Assembly (NCBI GenBank): GCA_030689595.1
Contig: JAUYHP010000031.1
Coordinates: 22,666-86,665 of the forward strand
Direction: 5' to 3'
DNA from: a bacterium
GTDB lineage: Bacteria; Patescibacteriota; Minisyncoccia; UBA6257; WO2-44-18
DNA length: 64,000 nucleotides
This document shows positions 48,756 to 57,650 of this stretch, piece after piece. The notes below the pieces were generated by a model. That model did no database searches, was not told the origin of the DNA, and saw only the letters and a program-made list of their open reading frames with translations. Every line of letters begins with the position of its first letter. Position 1 is the stretch's first letter. The position numbers were made by a program, and so were the translations under genes.

Positions 48756-48932
48756 AAATACCTCAAGTCATTCACTCGAGGTATTTTGTTTTTTTATTGA
48801 AGTGGTACATCCCCTATCACATATATTTTTATCATTATAATAACGTCGGGGCTAAGTGTTTTTCGGTGCGCGCTGGGGGGATTGACCCCCCGACCTGTCC
48901 AATGTTCATCGGACCGCTCTATTCATTAAATT

Positions 48933-48975
48933 TGGTGGGCACACAAGGGATTGAACCTTGGACCTTCTCGGTGTA
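48933..48975 (-). pseudogene. orphan tRNA 3'-half fragment (anticodon-stem 3' side, T-arm, acceptor 3' strand, CCA)
   Basis: reverse complement reads ACACCGAGAAGGUCCAAGGUUCAAUCCCUUGUGUGCCCACCA; no matching 5' half (GGGCACA...) nearby. Confidence 0.55.
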
Positions 48976-49099
48976 GATCTCTCCACGGCATAGCCGTGGC
49001 AACTGGGGAGATCTCTGCGATAAGTATCGGCTCCGCCGATTAATAAAAACGTTCATTCTGAACTACGCAGTAAACGAGCTTTTTAAATCTAGAAAATTC

Positions 49100-49176
49100 T
49101 GGTGGACGGTGCAGGATTCGAACCTGCGGCCTTCTCGGTGTAAGCGAGACGCTCTAACCAACTGAGCTAACCGTCC
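49100..49176 (-). tRNA. tRNA-Val (anticodon UAC), CCA encoded
   Basis: reverse complement: acceptor GGACGGT/ACCGTCC, anticodon loop CTTACAC, T-arm GCAGGTTCGAATCCTGC. Confidence 0.85.
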
Positions 49177-49205
49177 ATCAACCCGACTCGTTAAAATCAA
49201 ATCTG

Positions 49206-49278
49206 TGCATCCACCAGGAATCGAACCTGGAACCTTCTCCTTAAGAGGGAGCTGCTCTGCCGATTGAGCTATGGATGC
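49206..49278 (-). tRNA. tRNA-Lys (anticodon CUU)
   Basis: reverse complement: acceptor GCATCCA/TGGATGC, anticodon loop CTCTTAA, T-arm CCAGGTTCGATTCCTGG. Confidence 0.8.
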
Positions 49279-49289
49279 CTATCGAACTA

Positions 49290-49361
49290 TGCCCTCGGAG
49301 GGAATCGAACCCCCATCCTATGGTTCGAAGCCATATATTCTATCCGTTGAACTACGAGGGC
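49290..49361 (-). tRNA. tRNA-Arg (anticodon UCG)
   Basis: reverse complement: acceptor GCCCTCG/CGAGGGC, anticodon loop CTTCGAA, T-arm GGGGGTTCGATTCCCTC. Confidence 0.8.
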
Positions 49362-49471
49362 TCGATGGCTAGCATAACATATATCAGTTTTACACAAATT
49401 TCAAGATAAATTAAGGCTAGCATGAAAACTGGCAGTCCTGCCTGCTGGTAGGCAGGCGATGAGGTGGGGGG

Positions 49472-49499
49472 TTGACAGATTATGTGGGTATGCTATAAT
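49472..49499 (+). promoter_or_regulatory. consensus sigma70 promoter TTGACA-16-TATAAT preceded by a G6 run
   Basis: -35 at 49472-49477, -10 at 49494-49499. Confidence 0.6.
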
Positions 49500-49634
49500 G
49501 CCACCAGATAGTAGTAAGTAGTTCTTTGAATGTTTTTTGCAGTTACCCATGCGCCGTGTTGGTGTTTGGGGTATGTACTTTCTGTCTGCATTGCTGTTTT
49601 TTGCTGTTTAACGCTTTTAGGAGGCCATAAGACA

Positions 49635-50588
49635 ATGGCCACAAAGGACAAGAAGAAGGCGTCCAACGAGACGCCCGAGACGATCGAGACGATCGAGACT
49701 ACCGCAGCCGCCAGCCGCACCAAACAGCCCCGACCGGAGCGAGCCCTCACGGGCCAAGCTCTGACGGAACTGAGGATCCCGGCATCATTGGCCGAAAAGC
49801 CGGTGACGCCACACGCCTTCAGCGTCGTAAATAAGGCGCTCACGCACCAGCAGCTGGCCCGCTTCATGGGCCAGATGGTGGATACGGCCACGGCCAACGT
49901 GGTCGAAGTGGTAGCCGGGTTCGAAGCTGACACCCTCAGCTTCGAACCGGATGTCCGAGTCGGTCAGGAGTTCTACTCGGAAACGAGTGGACGCCTGTCC
50001 ACCGGCGAAGACAACACGGCGGCGCTCAGCATCGGTGGAGAGGCCCACGGCGGCCTCCAGCTGACGCTGGCGCAGGTGACTCCGCTCTTGGAGGAGTTCC
50101 GGGAGCAGCTCGCGCAGGAGCGCGAGGAAAAGCAGGCGGTCTACGCATTCGCCGACGACGGCGATAAGACGTCCTGCTACCTCGCCGCCGACTGCGGCAC
50201 CAAGTCGTTCCATCCTCGCAGCCTCAACGTGGTGCGGTGGCGGAATGGCGAGGCGACCATCGTCAACGACGAGACAGGTAAGCCGAGACGCATCGGCAGC
50301 TACCGTGCCGTCGAAGTTGACGGAGTCCTGATATGTGTGGCCTTCTGCCCGAGCTGCATCAACGCAGCGAGGAAGAACCACCAGCTCGACAGCCGGTTCT
50401 TCACGTCGGAGGACGTGGATGCCCTCATCAAGAGGCGGTTGGCCCAGGCCAACAGGCAGGCCGATCGCATCTCTGGGCTCGAGAATGCCCTCGGACCGCG
50501 CACCGATCGCAACGACCGCGGAACCAGCGGCTGGAAACCCCGCTTCAAGAAGCAGCGGGGGACGCACGGCGGATCTGTCCGCCGCTGA
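49635..50588 (+). CDS. hypothetical protein (317 aa) in a ~62% GC foreign-looking islet; start chosen at the ATG with AGGAGG RBS (the ORF opens at 49530)
   Basis: AGGAGG-9nt-ATG; protein-like composition, whereas the antisense 269-aa ORF is R/A/G/P-rich and judged spurious. Confidence 0.5.
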   Translation: MATKDKKKASNETPETIETIETTAAASRTKQPRPERALTGQALTELRIPASLAEKPVTPHAFSVVNKALTHQQLARFMGQMVDTATANVVEVVAGFEADTLSFEPDVRVGQEFYSETSGRLSTGEDNTAALSIGGEAHGGLQLTLAQVTPLLEEFREQLAQEREEKQAVYAFADDGDKTSCYLAADCGTKSFHPRSLNVVRWRNGEATIVNDETGKPRRIGSYRAVEVDGVLICVAFCPSCINAARKNHQLDSRFFTSEDVDALIKRRLAQANRQADRISGLENALGPRTDRNDRGTSGWKPRFKKQRGTHGGSVRR

Positions 50589-50597
50589 ACACAACCC

Positions 50598-50646
50598 AGA
50601 GAGGAGAAGGAGAAGTTTTTCTTCTCCTCTCTGGGTATTTTTTTCT
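50598..50646 (+). terminator. rho-independent terminator
   Basis: AGAGAGGAGAAG...CTTCTCCTCTCT + GGGTATTTTTTT. Confidence 0.55.
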
Positions 50647-50911
50647 TTCGACTCTGCTCAAGACAAGTAAAATCATGAGAATTTAACTTTGCAACCCTTC
50701 GACAAGCTCAGGGCAAGCGCCCTTCGGCTTCACTCAGGGCAAGCCCTTCGGCAAGTTTATAGTGAACTCGCCGAACTACTCAGGGCAAGCCCCAATGGGT
50801 AATAAAGTTAAGTTCTTTAAAAACAAAGGTCTCTGTTTCTTAACCAGCGGTGTTTTATTGGTTTTTATCTTAAGAAACCACATAAACTCCACATTTCTAA
50901 AGGAGCGGCCG

Positions 50912-51709
50912 ATGAATAGCGGCAGCAATGAACGACCTGATGATTTTATTAATAAGGCTATGATTCTTTTCGGCAAAGGCAATATGACTGAGCCTAGTGC
51001 CGATGAGGATCATGGTATGTATGAGCGCATGCAAGCAGCTTGCAGTGGCTTGCGTGAATATCTTGACCGTCTTCGGCGTAATCAAGGGCGTGTTTGCTTT
51101 AGCACTCAGAATGCTATGAGTGATTTAAGCAAGCAATTTATCAATGCCGTCAAGAAAGGCGACTACGATGCAATAAATTTCACTGACCGCGCCATGGAAA
51201 TGTTGGCTGATGGCTTTGACGACGCCGCGAATAACGGTGAAATCGCCGAGGTCGGCAGCCGTTTCAGCCGCACCATCAGGCAGGAGCAGATGGAAGCCCT
51301 CCTCTTTGGCCAAATCTGGCCAGTCATCGTCGGCAATGAAGATGCCGTGCCAGAGCTCATCCACTGGCAAGACTTCAGAGGTAATGTGCAGGCATATCTT
51401 TATGGATATATTGATGTTGCCACCGAACTGGCCAAGGCGCTTACCGAAGTGCTGTCTAGTGAGTTGACAACGGATGGCAAGCTCATGACGCGCCAAGTTG
51501 AGATTGACATGTATCGGCGATATCTGGCCATTGCCGATTCAATTGCGCTTGGACTCTCGGGCTTCCGACATATCCCCAGCTATATCATCAGCAACGGCTA
51601 TGGACGCTGGTTGGCGTTCTCCAATAAGTTGCGGACGGTCTATGGCTGTATCGCCAATATCCGCCGCGATTATAACTTGAGGTTAAGCATACTTCGGATT
51701 GAAAAATAA
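50912..51709 (+). CDS. hypothetical all-alpha protein, possible Translin-family member (start at the ATG with AAGGAG RBS; the ORF opens at 50762)
   Basis: VQAYLYGYIDVATEL resembles the Translin YLeGlaDltGEL segment; weak. Confidence 0.3.
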   Translation: MNSGSNERPDDFINKAMILFGKGNMTEPSADEDHGMYERMQAACSGLREYLDRLRRNQGRVCFSTQNAMSDLSKQFINAVKKGDYDAINFTDRAMEMLADGFDDAANNGEIAEVGSRFSRTIRQEQMEALLFGQIWPVIVGNEDAVPELIHWQDFRGNVQAYLYGYIDVATELAKALTEVLSSELTTDGKLMTRQVEIDMYRRYLAIADSIALGLSGFRHIPSYIISNGYGRWLAFSNKLRTVYGCIANIRRDYNLRLSILRIEK

Positions 51710-51730
51710 ATTGATGCATAACAACACTAC

Positions 51731-51760
51731 GCCCTCCGATATTCATCGGAGGGCTTTTTC
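51731..51760 (+). terminator. rho-independent terminator
   Basis: GCCCTCCGAT-ATTCAT-CGGAGGGC + TTTTT. Confidence 0.65.
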
Positions 51761-51782
51761 ATAAAATCTCTAAGTCTAGAAA

Positions 51783-52823
51783 CTATTTTGCAAACGGATT
51801 TCTGGCACCCCTAACCTCAAAGTGCAGATGACAACCAGTCGGGCCATGAGTGTTGCCCGTACTGCCGATGTAAGCGATTAAATCACCTTGCAAAACATAA
51901 TCACCAACGGAGACAACATTGCGTTGAGTATGCGAATAACGAGTGACTACACTATTTGGATGCTCAATATCAATATAATGACCGTAACCGCTATTCCAGC
52001 CGTAGGAACTCTCATCAACAATTAAACCTTCGGCAGCGGCATAGATGGGCGTGCCGCAAGCATTGGCGATATCTACGGCATTATAATTATGAAGCCGGCC
52101 CCAATTCCAGCCGACTGCTGGAGAAATGAAATAACCGTCAAGATTTACTAAAGTATTATCGGATAAACTAGAAAGATATTCACGATTGGGCCGACCGCCG
52201 GGGATTATTATTTTAGTGCCGGTCACCAAATTACCATTGGCAATCGTCGGATTAACCTCAATAATTCGATCAGCACCGATACTGTATAAATTAGCAATAT
52301 GCTCTAGCGTGTCGCCCTCTTGCACTTGATGAGCTATGCCCGAGACGGGCAAGACAACTATCTCCTGACCAGGACGAATAACACTGCTCAAATCACGATT
52401 GGCCCACAGTACCGTATTGAGCGAAATTTCAAAATTAGCGGCAATAGTAGACAAAGTATCCCCAGCTTGGATTTTGTAGACCATTAGGCCATCACGAGTA
52501 GGCAACAAGCTGCTAAGTGGGTTGGAGGAATTAAGTAGAGAGCCGCTATCTAATAACAGAAATCCAGCCACATCTTGGCCATGAAAAGCCCCATCTAAAT
52601 CGCCGCTGATGCTATTTTCCGCCAAAAAAGAGTCGTAATCAGCACCGATGATCGTTTCAACGCTAGCTAACACCGGCCCACCCAAACCAGCTATACCGCT
52701 GCCAGAAAGCGACCAAAAAAGCACGTTAAACAATATGCCCCCAACTACAAAAACAACCGATATAACGGTTGTTGGCTTAATATTTCTTATGTTTTTATAT
52801 ATAGTACTAATAGCTTTAATCAT
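51783..52823 (-). CDS. LysM-domain-containing M23 (LytM-type) peptidoglycan endopeptidase, membrane-anchored
   Basis: two LysM repeats (YKIQAGDTLSTIAANF..., HQVQEGDTLEHIANLY...), C-terminal HxH zinc site GCHLHFEV. Confidence 0.8.
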   Translation of the reverse strand: MIKAISTIYKNIRNIKPTTVISVVFVVGGILFNVLFWSLSGSGIAGLGGPVLASVETIIGADYDSFLAENSISGDLDGAFHGQDVAGFLLLDSGSLLNSSNPLSSLLPTRDGLMVYKIQAGDTLSTIAANFEISLNTVLWANRDLSSVIRPGQEIVVLPVSGIAHQVQEGDTLEHIANLYSIGADRIIEVNPTIANGNLVTGTKIIIPGGRPNREYLSSLSDNTLVNLDGYFISPAVGWNWGRLHNYNAVDIANACGTPIYAAAEGLIVDESSYGWNSGYGHYIDIEHPNSVVTRYSHTQRNVVSVGDYVLQGDLIAYIGSTGNTHGPTGCHLHFEVRGARNPFAK

Positions 52824-52848
52824 AGCATACCGGTAGTATTAGACAACG

Positions 52849-54660
52849 ATGCCTAGTGGACAAAAAAACGACCTAAACCCGCAACAACAGGCCGCCGTAA
52901 ATCACCAAGACGGGCCTATTTTGATCGTCGCCGGGGCTGGATCTGGCAAGACTAGGACGCTAACTAGCCGATTGTTGCAACTCATTAAAAATGGCATAGC
53001 GCCATCTAATATAATCGCCATAACCTTCACTAACAAAGCCGCCAAGGAAATGAAAGATAGGATTATTAGTGAAGCCCGACCCGCGACAGGAGAGGCATTT
53101 GTCGGCACCTTCCATTCCTTGGGAGTCAGAATACTGAAGCGCGAAGCCAAATTATTAAAACGCACAGCAGCCTTTACGATTTTTGATGCTGACGACTCGC
53201 TAAGCTTAATCAGAAAACTTATGAAAGCCGCCGACATAAGCAAAGATCAATATAGCCCGATGAAATTGCGCAGCAAAATCTCATCTGTAAAAAATGAATT
53301 GCTCGACCCCAGAGATTTTTTAGATAAAGTGGCGCTAAGGATTTTTGAGGATTACGAATCGGCCATGATAAAAAGCAACGCCTTTGACTTCGATGACTTA
53401 ATAGAAAAAGTGGTTGTCGTTTTCGATAATCATCCGGCAGTGTTAGAAAAATATCAAAATCAATTTCGCTATATTTTAGTGGATGAGTATCAGGATGTTA
53501 ATACCTCGCAGTATCGTTTTGTAAAATTGTTGGCCGACAAACATAAAAATCTTGGCGTTGTCGGTGATGATGCTCAAAGCATCTACCGTTTCCGTGGTTC
53601 TGATTTCCGCAATTTCTTAAATTTCGAAAATGACTGGCCCAAGGCCAAGGTTATAAAACTCGAACAAAATTATCGCTCCACTGCCAACATAATCACAGCG
53701 GCATCGGCATTAATTCAAAACAATAAACTGCAAAAACCCAAAGAGCTTTGGACTGAAAACAATGATGGCAAACTAATAAAAGCTGTGCGCAACACTGACG
53801 CCGACCAAGAGGCCGACTATGTCGCCAATAGCATCGGTGAGGCAGTTTATGCACAGGACAATAGCTCTAGCGCTTCTCAATTCGCTATATTATATCGAAC
53901 CAATGCCCAATCAAGATCAGTGGAACAGGCTTTGATTGTCGCCAATATGCCATACAAAATCTTCGGCGGACTGAAATTTTATGAGCGCAAAGAGGTTAAA
54001 GACATCATCGCCGCCCTACGCTTGGCCTCTAATCCTAAAGATGCCATCAGCATAGATAGATTGACCAAAAACTTCCGCAAAGCAATCGCCGCCAACCTGA
54101 TAAAAGAACTCCCGCGCTTATGTAAAGAGTTAAAAATTCTCGAATTGATTAATTTTTTCCTACACGACACAAATTATTTCGATTATCTAGCCAAAAATTT
54201 TAAAAACCCACAAGAAAGGATAGAAAACATAAATGAATTGATAAGTTTCGCTGGAGATTTTGATAATCTGCCAGACTTTTTAGAGCGCGTATCTTTGCTC
54301 CAGTCCGCCGATGCGCCAACGCAATCGCCAGCAATCAGTGGTCGCGTGTTAAGCCCAGTTAATTTGATGACTATCCATTTAGCCAAAGGCTTGGAATTCG
54401 ACAATGTGTTCGTTATCGGTTGTAACGAAGGTATATTGCCGCATCAAATGTCATACGGCTCCATGGATGAACTAGAAGAGGAGCGTCGGCTTATGTATGT
54501 AGCGATGACTCGAGCCCGCCAAGATCTATGCTTGAGTTTTTATGGCACGCCGTCGAGATTCATCTATGAGATACCGCCGGAACTAACTGAATTTGTTAAT
54601 CTGGCCACCAATAACGATCGCCTTCCAGATGAAGATGAGATGTATATAGAGGATTACTAA
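52849..54660 (+). CDS. UvrD/PcrA/Rep-family ATP-dependent DNA helicase (compact)
   Basis: Walker A AGAGSGKTRTLT, DEYQD motif, helicase motifs IV-VI. Confidence 0.85.
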   Translation: MPSGQKNDLNPQQQAAVNHQDGPILIVAGAGSGKTRTLTSRLLQLIKNGIAPSNIIAITFTNKAAKEMKDRIISEARPATGEAFVGTFHSLGVRILKREAKLLKRTAAFTIFDADDSLSLIRKLMKAADISKDQYSPMKLRSKISSVKNELLDPRDFLDKVALRIFEDYESAMIKSNAFDFDDLIEKVVVVFDNHPAVLEKYQNQFRYILVDEYQDVNTSQYRFVKLLADKHKNLGVVGDDAQSIYRFRGSDFRNFLNFENDWPKAKVIKLEQNYRSTANIITAASALIQNNKLQKPKELWTENNDGKLIKAVRNTDADQEADYVANSIGEAVYAQDNSSSASQFAILYRTNAQSRSVEQALIVANMPYKIFGGLKFYERKEVKDIIAALRLASNPKDAISIDRLTKNFRKAIAANLIKELPRLCKELKILELINFFLHDTNYFDYLAKNFKNPQERIENINELISFAGDFDNLPDFLERVSLLQSADAPTQSPAISGRVLSPVNLMTIHLAKGLEFDNVFVIGCNEGILPHQMSYGSMDELEEERRLMYVAMTRARQDLCLSFYGTPSRFIYEIPPELTEFVNLATNNDRLPDEDEMYIEDY

Positions 54661-54663
54661 ATC

Positions 54664-55449
54664 ATGCCGCGCTATTTAGGCCAACATTTTATTACCAACA
54701 AAACTGCTATCGACAAAATAGTCAGATCTTTGGAATTAAAAAGTGGCGATACAATTATCGAAATCGGGCCGGGCAAGGGGGCAATTACCATGCCGCTAGC
54801 CGGCAATTGCCAACAGATTGGCTGCCAGATAATTGGTATTGAAAAAGACGATGATCTGATTGACCAATTAGCGCTCTCAATGGTTAATAAGCAATGCGTA
54901 AAAATTATAAGTGGCGATGTCTTAGAAGAGCTACCAGAAATAACCAAGCAACTGATTGATTATAAAATTGTCGGCAATATACCATATTACATAACTGGAA
55001 AAATATTGAGATCCTTAAGCGAGCTCGGCAACAAGCCGAAAATAGCAATTTTAACTGTTCAGAAAGAGGTAGCCGAAAGATTATCGGCTAAGCCTGACCA
55101 TATGAACTTATTAGCTGCGGCGGTACAAATTTGGGCTGAGCCAGTTATAATAAGTCATCTCAAGGCCAGCGACTTTAAGCCCAGACCAGAAGTTGACTCA
55201 GCTATAATCAAACTAGAAACTAGAAAAAAATCACTAGGCACCAGCAGCGAGATAGCTCGATATTACAAATTTATAAAAATCGTCTTCAAACAACCACGAA
55301 AAACTCTAGTCAATAATCTCTGCGATGAGCTGGACTTAGATAAGGAAAATATAGTCAAAACACTTACGGCTTTAGGCCTAAATTCGGATATTAGGCCCCA
55401 AAATTTGAGGATAGAAGATATTTTGGCGCTTGTTGATAAGTTGGCTTAG
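54664..55449 (+). CDS. rsmA: 16S rRNA (adenine1518/1519-N6)-dimethyltransferase RsmA/KsgA
   Basis: YLGQHFITNKTAIDKIV ... IIEIGPGKGAIT SAM-binding motif. Confidence 0.9.
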   Translation: MPRYLGQHFITNKTAIDKIVRSLELKSGDTIIEIGPGKGAITMPLAGNCQQIGCQIIGIEKDDDLIDQLALSMVNKQCVKIISGDVLEELPEITKQLIDYKIVGNIPYYITGKILRSLSELGNKPKIAILTVQKEVAERLSAKPDHMNLLAAAVQIWAEPVIISHLKASDFKPRPEVDSAIIKLETRKKSLGTSSEIARYYKFIKIVFKQPRKTLVNNLCDELDLDKENIVKTLTALGLNSDIRPQNLRIEDILALVDKLA

Positions 55450-55482
55450 ATTTATCTACCATAGGTCTGCTATAATAAAGTA

Positions 55483-56202
55483 ATGCTGAGGAAAAAGCTA
55501 AATTTTTCCATAGCGATTATCGTTCTTATTGGGGCCGCTATATTTTCCGGCCTGTTAATTTTAGGCAAAAACTATAATCCTCATTCGGCAGAAAATGAAA
55601 AGCCACCAGTTTTGGGAGCCGATGGTCTAAATATCCCCAATCTGACCAATGACGAAAACAATATAACTAGCCAACTTACGCAAACAATCAGTCAGCAAAT
55701 AGCTGTCCAAAACCCACAACCGCAAAATGGCTTGGATGTGCCCAGAGCTGAAGAAATTGTCAATAAATATTTGGCTGAGGGTATAGCCAGTTTTGATTAT
55801 GAATCCTTGAAACCCGCCGTGCCTGAAAGCGACTTAAAAATCATCAATAACAGCGGCCGCCAGCTTACCGAAAGCTACCTAACTAATTTGAACTCAATAA
55901 TCCAAGATAATTTTCAGGGGGTAGTTATAAATCTAGATGATATTTATTCTTCTGATTGGGATATTTTACAACTGACTTATGACCGAACTCTAGCCGACCT
56001 CTATGATTTGCCGGTGCCGAAAGATATCGCGCCACTGCATCAACAAGAAATCAGACTAGTCGCCGCTCAGCAAAAAATATTTGAATATATACAAAATTAT
56101 GAAAAGGACCCTTTATTGGCTTGGTTAGCGATAGAAGCCAATCAACAATTAAGTCAAGAATTTAAAGATTTGGGTCTAGTAATAAATCAATTGTTGCAAT
56201 GA
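55483..56202 (+). CDS. membrane-anchored hypothetical protein (first gene of the T4SS-like cluster)
   Basis: N-terminal TM; 4-nt overlap with the next gene. Confidence 0.45.
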   Translation: MLRKKLNFSIAIIVLIGAAIFSGLLILGKNYNPHSAENEKPPVLGADGLNIPNLTNDENNITSQLTQTISQQIAVQNPQPQNGLDVPRAEEIVNKYLAEGIASFDYESLKPAVPESDLKIINNSGRQLTESYLTNLNSIIQDNFQGVVINLDDIYSSDWDILQLTYDRTLADLYDLPVPKDIAPLHQQEIRLVAAQQKIFEYIQNYEKDPLLAWLAIEANQQLSQEFKDLGLVINQLLQ

Positions 56203-57650
56203 TTAAAAGAACCCTAGCAAAAATGTTATTAGTGGTAACGCTCAGCTTAAGCATAGCACAACCTTTTGTTTTTAAAGCGAATGCACAATATGTAGTTATA
56301 GACCCAGCCGCAATATCTGTACAAGAGATTATAGCTGGCACCGAAATTACGAACTTAGCACAAAAAATCTTTGAATGGGGCCTAACTTTTGTTTTAGAAA
56401 CATTGAAAAAGAGACTGCTAGACATGATGGTTGACCAAATTGTCCAGTGGGTGCAAGGCGGCGGCGACCCGAAATTCGTCACTGATTGGGGCGGCTTTTT
56501 GAGAGATGCCGGCCAAGCCGCCGCAGGAGATTTTGCTAAGGAATTAGGCCTGGGATTTCTCTGCGACTCATTCAGCGCAAAAATTAGGATATCACTGCAG
56601 AATTCCAGACCGTTTAGTCAAAGAGCTGATTGTACTTTAGACGACATTGTGGGCAATATCCAAAATTTCGCCAATGATTTTAGAAATGGCGGCTGGATAG
56701 CTTACACAGAATCATTAAAGCCACAAAATAATTATTACGGCGCTCTGTTGATGGCCATGGAAGAACGCGAAAGACGCGTCGGCACAGCACAATCAGCAGC
56801 CAGAGATGAAGCTATTTCTGGAGGCGGATTTATAGGCATTAGAGGCGCCGACGGCACCATTAGCACGCCTGGCGCTGTCCTCGGCGCTACTATCGCTAAA
56901 GCTGTCGGTTCTGATATTGATTATATCGTTAACGCCGACCAGCTAGCGTCATACGTGGCGGCCATTGCTGATGCTCTGGTCAATCGGTTAATCAAAGAAG
57001 GGGTTAATGGCTTGCGTGGCGTCAGCACCAGTAATGCTCCGCGTGGCGGCTCTATATCACGTGGGTCAACAAATGACCCATGTGCCGGCCTAAGCGGCGC
57101 GGCCTTGCGAGATTGTTTGGCATACAACCAAACCAACACTAGCAATAATGTAGGAAATAGAAATTATCTTGTTGAGCAAATCAATGGCACTCTCTTGCCG
57201 CGCCTATCAGCCCAAAATGCCTGGGCCGATGGAATCAATACCATCAATGCCTTTGAATCTTCGGCAACCGCTATATACGACAAACTAGCTGACCCCAACT
57301 TGAGGCCAGACCCCTATGGTTCATGCGGAAAGCCAAAAGAACAATTCCAACAAGAAATATTATTGGCCATAGACCGCCAGAAAGCCAAAATAGACGGCTT
57401 ACAGACAAAATCGGACTCTAATCAGATTATTATTGATTCTCTAGTGGAAGCTAAAAATCTGCTCACGCAAACCGATCCAAACGATCAAGTTGCTCTTAGC
57501 CAATCTAGCGGGCTCGTCCAATCTCAATTAGACCCGTTCGCGGCGGAAAAATTAAGGGATTCCGCCAGAAATAGCCGCAACAGTATAAATTCTGAAACTA
57601 CCAGCTTGCTAAATAGCTTCAACCAAGAAATAGCAACGTGTTATGAATAA
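56199..57650 (+). CDS. secreted hypothetical protein
   Basis: signal peptide ...SLSIAQPFVFKANAQ; 8-nt overlap with the next gene. Confidence 0.45.
   Translation: MIKRTLAKMLLVVTLSLSIAQPFVFKANAQYVVIDPAAISVQEIIAGTEITNLAQKIFEWGLTFVLETLKKRLLDMMVDQIVQWVQGGGDPKFVTDWGGFLRDAGQAAAGDFAKELGLGFLCDSFSAKIRISLQNSRPFSQRADCTLDDIVGNIQNFANDFRNGGWIAYTESLKPQNNYYGALLMAMEERERRVGTAQSAARDEAISGGGFIGIRGADGTISTPGAVLGATIAKAVGSDIDYIVNADQLASYVAAIADALVNRLIKEGVNGLRGVSTSNAPRGGSISRGSTNDPCAGLSGAALRDCLAYNQTNTSNNVGNRNYLVEQINGTLLPRLSAQNAWADGINTINAFESSATAIYDKLADPNLRPDPYGSCGKPKEQFQQEILLAIDRQKAKIDGLQTKSDSNQIIIDSLVEAKNLLTQTDPNDQVALSQSSGLVQSQLDPFAAEKLRDSARNSRNSINSETTSLLNSFNQEIATCYE

Noticed and set aside
49785-50594. 269-aa minus-strand ORF and other overlapping ORFs (50333-50686, 50335-50670, 50300-50548) inside the GC-rich islet
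   Set aside because: All-frame openness is expected in 62% GC DNA. These products are Arg/Ala/Gly/Pro-rich and lack RBSs, whereas the plus-strand frame has an AGGAGG RBS and protein-like composition.
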